NCBI RefSeq assembly: GCF_028641065.1
Contig: NC_073391.1
Span: 44,764,001-44,828,000 of the forward strand
Length of the DNA: 64,000 nucleotides
Source: Leucoraja erinacea
Lineage: Eukaryota
Direction: 5' to 3'
The notes beneath the pieces were generated by a model. The model was not told the DNA's origin and made no database searches. It worked only from the letters and a program-made list of their open reading frames with translations. Shown here piece after piece: positions 38,118 to 49,717 of this stretch. The stretch's first letter is position 1. Each line of letters starts with the position of its first letter. A program made the position numbers and the translations under genes.

Positions 38118-39444
38118 CGATGTGCTTTCTTGTATTTGATGCCCGTGCTTTCTCTCTCTCCTCTTCTCACCTCCCTCCCCTCTCCTCCCTCCTTCTCTTC
38201 GCTCCGCTCTCCGCTCTCTACCCATCCACTCTCCCCCCCCATCCCACCTCCCTCCCTTCCACCCCCCCCCCCCCCCCTACCTCCCCTTCTCCCCCTCCTC
38301 TCCCCCCCCCCCCCCCCTGCCCCCCTTCTGCCCCCCTCTACCCCCCCCCTCCACCCCCCCACCCTCTCCACCTCTCCCGCTATCCTCTTCGCCGACTCCC
38401 TCCTCCTCTCCCCCGCGCCCGCCCTCTCCTCCCCTCTCCTCCCACCCGCTCGCCCCCACTCTCTCCCCCTCCCCTCTCTCTCCCCTTTCTCTCTCCCCAT
38501 TCTCTCTCCCCTCCCCTCTCTGCCGCCCCCTCCAACCCCACACTCCCCACCCCCTCCAATACCCTCCCCTCCCCTTTGCCCCCCTCAACATCTGCCCACC
38601 CTCTCTCTCCTCCCCCCCCCCCCCCCCCCAGCCCCCCCCCCCCCTCCCCCTCCAACTCTCTTTTCCCTCCCCCCTCCCCGTCCACCCCTCCCCCTCCCTT
38701 CCCCAACTCTCCCCACATTCCCCTATCTCCCCCTTCCTGCCCCTCTATACCCTGCTCTCCCCCCCCCCCCCCCCGTCCCTTCCCTCCACGCCCCCCCTCT
38801 CCTCTCCCTCTCCCTCCCTACCACTCTCCACCCACTCACTCACTCCCAACTCTCCCCCTCTCGCTCCCCCTATCTCCCCCTTCTTCTCTCTCACCGCCTC
38901 TGCCCCCCTCCAGCCCCCATGCCCCCCCACTCCCTCCACTTCTCCTCCCTCCCCGTTCCCTCTCTCCTCCCGTCCCCCTCTGCCCCCCTCCCCCTCCAGC
39001 CCCACTCTCCTCCCCGCCACCCCCCTCCACCCTCCCTTCCCCCCATTTCTCTCTCTCTCGCCCTCCTCTCTCTGCTCCACCCCCCATGCCCTCCCTCCAC
39101 CTTACCCCTTTCCCCTCCCCTCACCTCTCCGCCTCTACCTCCCTCCCCCCCTTCTCTCCCCGCAGTTCTCCCGCACTCCCCCCTCTCTCCCCCACCCCTC
39201 TCTCTATCCCCCCTCCGCCCCCCTCCCTCCTCTGCCCCTCCCCCCCCTCTGCCCCTACATCTCCCCCCCCCTCCCCCATCCCCCTCCACCTCCCTTCCCC
39301 CCTCTCCTCCCACGACCCCACTCCCCACTCTCACCCCTCCCTCTTCCCCCAGCTCTCCCCCCCCTCCTCCCCTTCCCCTTCCCCCTCACCCACTCCCCCT
39401 CACCCACTCCCTCCCCCACTCATCACCTACTCCCCTCCTACACC

Positions 39445-39482
<38 letters not shown>

Positions 39483-39530
39483 TGTGTGCGGGAGTGGTTA
39501 GTGTGTGTGTGACGCCGCAGCCCCCCCCCC
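38118..39530. repeat. ~1.4-kb C/T-rich low-complexity tract next to the gap at 37963-38117
   Basis: Seen directly; base accuracy doubtful. Confidence 0.8.
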
Positions 39531-40020
39531 CCCCTGCAACGGGTCCCCCTTGGTCTAGTATATATATATATATATATAATGTCGAAGGAGAATGTTGAAC
39601 TGTATTTTACAATATATAGATTACTGAGCAACGGGGTTTAATACAGATGGAATATATTTAGCTGCTAGCTTTATTATTATCGTGTAGCAAGGTACTGTGA
39701 AATATTTCTGTTTGAATGCTATCCAATCTAATCATATAACGCCAGACATAAATACAATCAAGGCAACTCAAGTACAATGGATAGAGGGAAGGGAATGGCA
39801 CAAATTGTAGAATGTAGTTCGCAGCATGGTAGCGTAACAAGTCCAGAAAAATAGTCATGAGAAAAACATGTAACAATGACACCAATATTACTTTGTACAT
39901 TAGCTGCAATTTAAAAAAAATACCAGGGCAATTCCTCCACAAAACACTGACAAATTATGCAATTTGCTGACGCTATTACGACACCCTCGAATGCGGAGTA
40001 AAACAACGTAATTATTGCAT

Positions 40021-40285
40021 TTAGTTTTTAGTTTAGAGATACAGCGCGGAAACACGCCCTTCGGCACAACGCACCGACCAGTGATCCCCGCACATCCCAC
40101 ACACGTTAGGGACAATTTGCACTTAAACCAAGCCAAGTGTAGGAGGAGACCGAAGATCTCGGAGAAAGCCCACGTGGTCACGGGGAGAACGTACAAAGTC
40201 CGTACAAACAGCACCCAAAGTCGGGGTCGAACCCAGGTCTCTGGCGCTGCAAGCCCTGCAAGGATGCAGCTCTGCCGCTGTGCTA
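40021..40285 (-). mobile_element. tRNA-derived SINE
   Basis: Reverse complement of the 26345 family, with a (TTTAG)n tail. Confidence 0.8.
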
Positions 40286-40916
40286 CCATGTAAATAATGT
40301 CTTCATCCATGTAAATAATTTGATCTAAACACAAAGTGCTGGAAGAACTCATCGAGTCAGGAAACATCCGTGGAGTGAATGGACAGACAGTGTTTCGGGT
40401 AGGGCCGCTTTTTGCTGAGTCCAAGGAAGACTCCGGGGAAGGGTCCCCATCCGAAATGTCGTCAGTCCATTTCTTTCACAGATGCTGCGAGTTCCTCCAG
40501 CACTTTGCGTTTCGCCGAAGATTCCACTTGAGGGTTCTGGTGTCTCCAAATAAATTGACCACATTTGTTTGTTTGTAGGACAGTTTGTGACCGCTGGTTC
40601 TGTACTCCCCCAACATGGGGAACACTTTTCCTGCCATATGTTGGAGCATGAGCTTTTACTTTCCACAATAGTCTTTACTGCACCGTGGGTCAAAGCAGCA
40701 CGATTTGGTGAAAGTGAATCACTTTGAACAATTTATTATTCTGGAAGTTCAGGTATAAATTTTCAGCACCTGTTTATAGATTGCCAACAGTATTTTCACC
40801 AGCAGCAAAGTCTGGAAACTTGAACAAACTACATTCCAAAACCTCGTGCCTTTGTAGATTAATTGGCTTCAGTAAATTGGCCATAATGTGCAAAGAATGG
40901 ATGAACGAGTGGTCAC

Positions 40917-41545
40917 AGAAACATAGAAAATAGGTGCAGGAGTAGGCCATTCGGCCCTTCGAGCCTGCACCGCCATTCAATATGATCATGGCTGATCATA
41001 CAACTCAGTACCCTGTACCTGCCTTCTCTCCATACCCCCTGATACCTTTAGCCCCAAGAGCCGCATTTAACTCCCTCTTAAGTATAGCCAATGAACTGGC
41101 CTCAACTACCTTTTGTGGCAGAGAATTCCAGAGAGTCACCACTCTCCGTGTGAAAAATGTTTTTCTCATCTCCGTCCTAAAAGATTTCCCCCTTATCCTT
41201 AAACTGTGACCCCTAGTTCTGGATTCCCCAACATCGGGAACAATCTTCCTGCATCTACCCTGTACAACCCCTTAAGAATTGTGTAAGTTTCTATAAGATC
41301 CCCACTCAGTCTTCTAAATTCTAGCGAGTACAAGCCGAGTCTATCCACACTTTCTTCATATGATCGTCCTGACATCCCAGGAATCAGTCTGGTGAACCTT
41401 CTCTGAACTCCTTCCATGGCAAGAATGTCTTTCCTCAGATTAGGAGACCAAAACTAAACGCAATACTCCAGGTGGGGTCTCACCAAGACCCTGTACAACT
41501 GCAATAGAACCTCCCTGCTCCTATACTCAAATCCTTTTGATATGA
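40917..41545 (-). mobile_element. CR1 3' fragment
   Basis: ORF 41199-41417 and tail. Confidence 0.9.
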
Positions 41546-42024
41546 AGTCGATGGACTCGGACTCCGTGAGCCGAAAATTTTTTCACGCTGCATCTTTTTA
41601 AAATGTTTGAAGGAAAGTGAGCTCACTGATTCATTGTTCACCGCGCCATCCTGCAGCTCAAATAAATTGGTCAAAGTGTTTCACTTTCACCAAATCATGT
41701 TGATTACCTTGATTTTTGTCTGAGCCGGTCAATAACGTCTTTGACAATAGCTCCGAACATGTTCACTGTGACAGACGCTTAACCAAGTAGCAAACCCCTT
41801 TTATTGTCGACTTCGCTATTTGAGGAAATGAGCCAATTTGTCCATTTTCTATCTAATTCAACTTCCTCAGAATCAAGTGTGATTTGGAAAATTAACACCA
41901 ACACATATTTTCTACATGTTTTAATGTACGTTCATGTTAGGTGAACATTGGTGCTGATTTGGATATTAATCAGGCATCACCACTTGCTTGTGAATGGCAG
42001 AAGCAATTAAAAGACACTTAATTT

Positions 42025-42443
42025 ATACTCGCTAGAATTTAAGAGATTGAGAGGGGATCTTATAGAAACTTACAAAATTCTTAAGGGGTTGGACAGGCTA
42101 GATGCAGGAAGATTGTTCCCGATGTTGGGCAAGTCCAGGACAAGGGGTCACAGCTTAAGGATAAGGGGGAAATCCTTTCAAACCGAGATGAGAATAACTT
42201 TTTTCACACAGAGAGTGGTGAATCTCTGAAACTCTCTGCCACAGAGGGTAGTTGAGGCCAGTTCATTGGCTATATTTAAGATGGAGTTAGATGTGGCTAA
42301 GGGGATCAGGGGGTATGGAGAGAGAAGGCAGGTACGGGATACTGAGTTGGATGATCAGCCATTATCATATTGAATGGCGGTGCAGGCTCGAAGGGCCGAA
42401 TGGCCTACTCCTGCACCTAATTTCTATGTTTCTATGTTTCTAT
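42025..42443 (+). mobile_element. CR1 3' fragment
   Basis: ORF 42047-42229 and tail. Confidence 0.9.
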
Positions 42444-43384
42444 GATTTCCATTGTGCAGACAATAAAAATATTATGTGTTTGGAATCTGGGAAAATGCCC
42501 GCTTCTCAGACGCATTTAGTTTTCAAGAGGGTGTACATTAATCAGTGTGTACAGTGAGTTAATCGTATTTTCTAGATGGTACTTTAGGTGAATTTTCACA
42601 GAAATTATAAGACAATTAAATGGCAATTAACTGCAGGCAATAATTTTGATATACTAAATGATACGCCTAAATTTCGTCTCACCTCTGGCTTACAGCCAAC
42701 CTGTCACACACAGCCTTAACTGAGTTATTGATATGTCGCCATAATTTGCATGTGGGACACATTTTCGATATTTAATGTCCAGTAGATTTTCACACACAAA
42801 TAAACACAGACTGGTTTAATCTTACGAATTGCGAGTTGGCTGAGGGTGAATATTGAGCAAGGCAAGGTAGAAAACATCTGAGAATAGCTGTAGAATTACG
42901 TTTTTTTTAATTGTTATTATTTTTATTAGAAGCAAACCCATATTAAAAATATTTCATGTATATCAGCCATACATTGTTAAGATTATCAGTTGTGGATTGG
43001 TTCTGCTTCTAGTTTTTTTTAAAGATAGGAAGTAAGAGAGAAAGAGGAAAAAACAGAACACAAATGTCAAGATAAAAAAAAGAATAGAATGGTTTACTAA
43101 TAATAAATCTTTGGAGATAGGTTCGTGGATTATAAAGTATAACTTTTCATCTAATCCTTAGTTCTAGCTTCGGTTGGCTTCCCGTGCGGGACAGATCTAC
43201 CCTTCGAATAGTCAATGAATGGAGACCATATTCTAACACATATTGGTTGTCCATTAAGACAAATCGGATTCTTTCCAGGTCTAGGGTCTCCGACATTTCC
43301 AAATCCACATTTTAATTGTGTGGGCTATAGGGCCTTTCTAAAATTTTAGTATTAATTTTTTTCCCAGTTATTATACTGTAGTCA

Positions 43385-43836
43385 AGAAACATAGAAACAT
43401 AGAAAATAGGTGCAGTAGTAGGCCATTCGGCCCTTATTATGTAGGGTACAGGTATATTAGAGATTATTGAATATTGCCCCATATCCACGTGGAATTGGTT
43501 GAAGATGAGAAATGAAAGTTTCAGAGGAAGTCTTTACGCGGAGGACAGCTGGAATTTGGAATGCACTGCTTGAGAGAATAGTGGATGCAGAGACTGCCAC
43601 CATATAGAAACATAAAAACATTGAAACATAGAAATAGGTGCAGGGGTAGGCCATTCGGCCCTTCGAGCCTGCACCGCCATTCAATATGATCATGGCTGAT
43701 CATCCAACTCAGTATCCTGTACCTGCCTTCTCTCCATACTCCCTGATCCATTTAGCCACACGGGCCACATCTAACTCCCTCCTAAATATAGCCGACGAAC
43801 TGGCCTCAACTAACTTCTGTGCCAGAGAATTCCAGA
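43385..43836 (-). mobile_element. CR1 3' end containing a block copied from ~8978 onward
   Basis: See findings. Confidence 0.85.
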
Positions 43837-43967
43837 AAGAAATCCAAGAAAGCCTCTTTGGTTTGTTGTGAGTGTTAGACTTTGTTCTGTTATGCCAAGT
43901 AGTATTAGTTTTGAGTCGGGATCTAATTTAGTGTTAGTAGAATTAAGTTTCATGTTGTTAATTTCAG

Positions 43968-44288
43968 GAAAACAACCGACACCACCAATCATCAACCTCT
44001 TGTACTCTGCATCTGACGAGCTAAAGGCAAAGGGTTTTGTCGAACTGATTTGTCTCATCGCCGAATATGAACCCCAAGACATCGGCGTGACCTGGCAGAA
44101 AGACGGACAGGCCGCACAGTCCGGTTTTACCACTGCCCCCTCAGCTAAAACTGCAGACGGAACGTTTACCTCGACGAGTGTGTTCAGAGCGCCGCTTAAC
44201 GACTGGGCCAGCGGTTCCCGATACTCCTGCAAAGTTTCCCACTCTGCAACCGGCAGCACCCTCCAAAAAACCATTCAAACGACGTCAG
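43968..44288 (+). CDS. IgNAR: IgNAR C1 exon
   Basis: GKQPTPPIINLL..VELICLI..W..YSCKVSHSAT..IQTTS; AG/GT boundaries, phase 1-1, 321 nt. Confidence 0.97.
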
Positions 44289-44389
44289 GTAAAGGGCGGC
44301 CGTTACTTCATAATTAAACAATTCTACTTTCAACCTCAGTATTTGAATAGTTATGACGTAACTCAAGTACACACAGAATGGCGACTTGT

Positions 44390-44757
44390 AGAAACATAGA
44401 AACATAGAAAATAGGTGCAGGAGTAGGCCATTCGGCCCTTCGAGCCCGCACCGCCATTCAATATGATCATGTCTGATCATCCAACTCAGTATCCTGTACC
44501 TGCCTTCTCTCCATACCCCCTGATCCATTTAGCCACACGGGCCACATCTAACTCCCTCTTAAATATAGCCAATGAACTGGCCTCAACTACCTTCTGTGGC
44601 AGAGAATTCCAGAGATTCGCCACTCTCTGTGTGAAAAAGGTTTTCCTCATCTCGGTCCTAAAAGATTTCCCCCTTATCCTCAAACTGTGACCCCTTGTTC
44701 TGGACTTCCCCAACATCGGGAACAATCTTCCTGCATCTAGCCTGTCCAACCCCTTCT
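44390..44757 (-). mobile_element. CR1 3' end in the C1-C2 intron
   Basis: ORF 44486-44761 and tail. Confidence 0.9.
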
Positions 44758-45043
44758 GCACGAAGTTTATAAAGAATTATTATATTAAGTTGTTAGTTTG
44801 TGACCCATTACTTGTGAAATCATAATCTCATAAATTCATGTGATAGGAGCACAATTAGGCCATTCGGCCCATCAAGTCTACTCCGCCATTGATGGTTGAT
44901 CTATCTCTTCCTCCTAACCCCATTCTCCTGCCCTCTCTCCATAATCTCTGATACACGTAGAAATCAAAAAACGGTTGAAATTGAGCTTCTTGCCTAATAT
45001 CTGATTCGCCACCAATAAACCATTGTCTCAATGTCATTGCCAG

Positions 45044-45346
45044 ACCTCGCAATACTTCTCAGAGATCCCACCGTCGAAGAAATTTGGATCAACAAAACTG
45101 CGACCGTGGTCTGTGAAGTGATCGCCACAGCTCCGACTGAAGTTGCGATCTCTTGGACAGTGGATGGAAAGGAAAGAGTTGCTGGTATTCAAACCGATCC
45201 ATCTACCAAGGCCGGGAACCAGTACCTGACGATCGGCCGCTTGACCAGCAACCTCTCAGAATGGGACAGCGGTGTGGAGTACTCGTGCTCGGCGCAGGAC
45301 CATCAATCAACTACTCCGGTATCACAGCGGACACGAAAGGCTAAAG
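45044..45346 (+). CDS. IgNAR: IgNAR C2 exon
   Basis: DLAILLRDPTVEEIW..VVCEV..YSCSA..RTRKAK; 303 nt, phase 1-1. Confidence 0.97.
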
Positions 45347-45544
45347 GTGCGTGCAATAACAACAATTAAAATGCAAGACGGTGTACATACTGAACTAGCA
45401 AGAAAAGTAATGCAAGTCAGATTACAGAGGTAAACATGCATGAAGATGAGTGTGGTGCGGTGGGGGTGGGGGGGTAAAAACTGACAAAGAGGTCAGGGCG
45501 AAAGTGGGATATTATCAATCGATTCGGCTATCATTTATTTAAGA

Positions 45545-45830
45545 AGGAACTGCAGATGCTGGAAATCGAAGGTACACAAATATGCTGGAGAAACTCAGCG
45601 GGTGCAGCAGCATCTATGGAGCGAAGGAAATACGCAACGTTTCCGGAAATTGGAGGAACAGCACCTCATATTCCGCTTGGGGAGTCTGCATCCTGGGGGC
45701 ATGAACATTGAATTCTCCCAATTTTGTTAGCCCTTGCTGTCTCCTCCCCTTCCTATCTCTCCCTCAGCCCTCGGGCTCCTCCTCCTCCCTTTTCCTTTCT
45801 TCTCCCCGCAACATCCGGTGCATTTCATCT
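45545..45830 (+). mobile_element. Penelope-like element fragment including the ORF C-terminus
   Basis: 45647-45730 encodes KLEEQHLIFRLGSLHPGGMNIEFSQFC*, resembling the end of a PLE GIY-YIG domain. It is joined to the ATGCTGGAGAAACTCAGCGGG repeat. Confidence 0.7.
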
Positions 45831-46346
45831 GCGCTCTCTCCCGCGCTGTGATATCCGTCCTACTGCGTGGCGCCATCTATATGCCAAGCGTCGCCTAACA
45901 TGTACCTAACATGTATTTTGCAAAGTTGTTATGTAACTTTCCAACTTGTATGCCCTAACCGATGAAAACAGCTAAGCCACACTCCACTGCCCTGTCTATC
46001 CGAGTCGCTACTTTCGAGAAACTATGAACTTTAACGTTAAAGTCTTTCACTTCATCAACATTCCTCAATGACATCACCTACCAGATATGTCCCCCAACGC
46101 TATTATTGCCGAAAATGCATCTAGTCGCATTAGTCGGGGTTGAACTCCATCTATTAATTATCTACCTACTTTTACTCTGATATGTTCCTTGTGTAGCCAT
46201 TCCTGTGTGAACCTTCCTGGCTCCCTAAATATATAGAGCGTCATTTCATCACAGCTGTCGGGAGTCAAGAGTGGTTTATTGTCATGTGTCCCGGAACGGA
46301 ACAATCAATTATTGGAAAAATAATTCTGCTTTACTTTCCCTTCTAG

Positions 46347-46664
46347 CCAAACCAGTGCAACCAACTATCCGTCTCTTGCCGCCATCTCCAGAGGAGATTC
46401 AAAGTGCGAACACCGCGACACTGACATGTTTGATCACAGAATTCTATCCAAACGATATCACCGTTTCCTGGGAGAAAGACGAAGCCGCTTTCCGCCCTAA
46501 CGCTACCAACTTCCCCGCGGCGCTGGAGCAGGACATGACGTTCAGCGCAAAGAGCCTTCTCTTTTTGACAGCAGCCGATTGGAAGAAAGGAGGAACATAC
46601 TCCTGTGTAGCCTCGCACCTCCCTTCACAGTCCACCCTGAAGCGGAGCATCCGGATCCAGAAAG
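46347..46664 (+). CDS. IgNAR: IgNAR C3 exon
   Basis: AKPVQPTIRLLPPSPEEIQ..LTCLI..FPAALEQD..YSCVASH; 318 nt, phase 1-1. Confidence 0.97.
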
Positions 46665-47404
46665 GTAAGGACAAAATGCCAAAATACCCACAGCCAATAT
46701 GCGCACTTCATCGGGAGTCAACAGTTAATTCCACCAAAGGTCTCCAATGATCAGATCTAGAGTACTGGGAGACCAGGTTGGTCGGTTTGTTTAAAGTACG
46801 GGAGGAGTAATTGGGCCTCTCTGAAGGTCCGGTATAATAATATCAACCGAAATACCGCATATATTATCGGATATCTGCTTCATACGGAGAGACCAATTGC
46901 ATGAGAAGTTTTGAAGTGCCCCACGAGCGATAGGGTATAACATGAACATTATATATCGGTCGTGATTCAGGGATAACTGCCTTCGGTTAAGGAGGTTGTA
47001 AAATTAAATTGGGGAATGAAAGAGAGAAACGATTTGGTTCTTTTGTGTGAACCATTTTATGACCGGCCGCGTTCAGGTCGATGGTAAATGCTATAAATCT
47101 TCAGACACACGAGAGGGTGAATGCTTGCATCCCCGGAACGCGAGAAATCGGTTCTAGTTAAAGTCAGGTCGTGTAATTCTTGCACTGCGGTATAAGTGAA
47201 TGGGAATATTACGAAGGAGATCAACCAAAGAAGACAGGAACCAAGGCACGAAACCGGGAGGAGCCTTCTTAGCTAAACAGCAATCAATGGAGAATATGCA
47301 GTAAGTAGAATTAATAGTTACACTTAACCCGGTTACAGTTGTTACTATCCGCAGCTTCAACATTTGGGACGGAAAATAACCACTCCCGTTTATTTTCCTG
47401 CCAG

Positions 47405-47725
47405 GAGACTGCGATGTGGTTGACATCAATGCTGCCATACACACACCTTCCTTTGGGGAGATCTGGACGCTTCAGAAAGCAACTGTTGTTTGTGAAGTCG
47501 TTTACACCGATTTGCAGGACGTCAAGGTCTCGTGGCGAGTGAATGGGAGTCTGAGAATGGAAGGGGTACAGACTCTGGATCCTGAGTGGAGGGGAAGTAA
47601 ATCTGTCGTCGTCAGCAAACTGAGGGTCAGCGCCGAAGAGTGGGAGAGTGGGGTTGAATACCTGTGCTTCGTAGAAGACAGTAATCTGCCAACACCAGTG
47701 AAAGTCTCCACGACAAGAACCAGAG
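47405..47725 (+). CDS. IgNAR: IgNAR C4 exon
   Basis: GDCDVVDI..EIWT..VVCEV..PEWRGSKS..YLCFVEDSNLPTPVK; 321 nt, phase 1-1. Confidence 0.97.
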
Positions 47726-47917
47726 GTAAGCATAGTTAACAGTCGTTCAGAGCCATTATAGTCCATGCGATAAAGTTTGATGCATGACCATCCCGCGCCG
47801 AGGTGATTGGATGAAAATAACAGAATTGTCCTTCAGCTTATGCTTCAAGCCCTACATTTAGCAGCGATTGGCAACCCATGAGAATAGGACGTTCAGGGCA
47901 CCCGTGCCAGCATGGAT

Positions 47918-47955
<38 letters not shown>

Positions 47956-48169
47956 GCAGCTGATAATGTGGCTGTCTCACAACGCCAGAGACCCGGGTTC
48001 GATCCTGACCTCCGATGCTCTGTGCCTGGCGTTTGCACTCTGACCACGTGCTCCGCTTTGTCACCACATACAAAGGACGTGCTTGTGTGTAGGGTAATTT
48101 CCCTCTGTAAACTGCCAATGTGAATCTCTGTAAACTGCCAAGATGATTGATGAGAATCTGGGATCCCAT

Positions 48170-48400
48170 AAAACATAGAAACATAGAAACATAGGTGCAG
48201 GAGTAGGCCATTCGGCCCTTCGAGCCCGCACCGCCATTCAATATGATCATGGCTGATCATCCAACTCAGTATCCCGTACCTGCCTTCTCTCCATACCCCC
48301 TGATCCATTTAGCCACAAGGGCCACATCTAACTCCCTCTTAAATATAGCCAATGAGCTGGCCTCAACTACATTCTGTGGCAGAGAATTCCAGAGATTCAC
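48170..48400 (-). mobile_element. CR1 3' end in the C4-C5 intron
   Basis: Tail plus 3' UTR. Confidence 0.9.
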
Positions 48401-48886
48401 GATGGTGAACGGGTGACCGATGGTGGGCGTAGCTCGATTGGCCTAGGGGCCCTTTCCTGTGAAACTATCTGAACGTATCTGAAACGAAAAATATAGGCTT
48501 CCGCAGATATGATAGAATAACGTTTCTAAATGTTAAACTTTCTATCCCACAGAGGGAAATACATTTGGCGTGAGCATTATATATATATATATATCATATA
48601 TATATATATGATATACATCATATATTTGGCGAGAGCATAAGCACCGGGCGATGTCCTGATTTGTTGCTTTCATCGATATTTGAACTCCCCGAATCTAGCG
48701 AAAAGATGGAATGAGGAGTGAAGTCTAGGTCATAGATAGAACAGCATGTCTGGTCGTAACCGAACCGTCAATTGTCTATTCCCCTCCATAAATGCTACCT
48801 GATCCTCCAACAGTTTGTAATCTACTGAAGACTCGAGCATCTGCAAATCATTGTGTATTTTTCAACGGGTTTTGTTCTCTTTCCAG

Positions 48887-49269
48887 TTACCGAAATGAAA
48901 CGTCCTAAAGTCTACCTGCTGCACCCATCAGCGGAAGAGATTCAAGCCGAGAAAGTCGCCACGCTCGTTTGCCTCGCCACCGGGTTTTACCCGTCAGACA
49001 TATACGTCGCCTGGATGGCCAACGACACCCTATTGGATTCGGGTTACACCATCCAACTTGACACCGACAAGGAAAACGGCTCCAGCTCGGTTGCCAGCAA
49101 GTTAAAAGTAACGGCAGAGGACTGGGAGAAGGGAACCACCTTTAGGTGTTTGGTTGGACACCCGTCCCTCGCCACGAATTTAGTCAGAAATATCAATAAG
49201 GATCACGGTAAACCTACTTTAGTTAATGTGTCACTCGTTCTGACCGACAGTTTTAAATCGTGCATTTAA
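48887..49269 (+). CDS. IgNAR: IgNAR C5 exon plus secretory tailpiece (GKPTLVNVSLVLTDSFKSCI*)
   Basis: KRPKVYLLHPS..LVCLATGF..WMANDTLLDSGY..FRCLVGHPSL. Internal donor G/GTAAAC at 49207/49208 for the membrane form. Confidence 0.97.
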
Positions 49270-49541
49270 CTCTCTCTGATTCAATGTCTAATGCTTGGGA
49301 GCTTAGCCTTGCGTCGCTGTGTGAGTTTTTGAGCCCGCCGGTCTCCTACGTATCCCACCCTTCAGGTGATCCGACAAATAGTAAACTATTTCACTAATTT
49401 CATCAATCACAGAAAACTATGACGAGAATATGTTTAAAGAAAAATAACGGTTCTGGTTGTGCTGTAATGTTGAGAATGCTTCGGAAATGTTGTTAAATAG
49501 GTAGGAGATTTCGCTTGTTCTTGTATGTGGCTTCATATTGC

Positions 49542-49547
49542 AATAAA
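49542..49547 (+). terminator. Candidate poly(A) signal for secreted IgNAR
   Basis: First AATAAA after the stop codon (~270 nt downstream). Confidence 0.5.
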
Positions 49548-49686
49548 TGCAGAATGAAAAACTTCTGGTTTCCCAATGCGTGCTTTTGTCTTTGCAATTA
49601 AGAGGAAGGCATGACTGAGTCCAAAGTAATAACTTCCCTCATATGACGGAAAACTTCAACGCTCTCGCTTTTTCGGAGACTGGGAT

Positions 49687-49717
<31 letters not shown>

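Noticed and set aside
37802-39598. Long Pro-rich and Gly/Arg-rich ORFs (up to 598 aa) as a mucin or hinge exon
   Set aside because: They arise from a C-rich low-complexity tract spanning an N gap, are open in many frames on both strands, and have no supporting splice sites.
43810-47766. Antisense ORFs over the C exons (43810-44274, 46343-46618, 47311-47766)
   Set aside because: Shadows of the IgNAR exons, with no independent homology.
47898-47953. Poly-G/C runs (also ~3120, 12796, 49686, 59266) as G-quadruplex regulators
   Set aside because: Homopolymer lengths are unreliable in assemblies, and they are not positioned consistently relative to exons.
47950-48010. tRNA gene suggested by the GGTTCGATCC B-box
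   Set aside because: It is the head of a multi-copy tRNA-derived SINE, with no complete cloverleaf.
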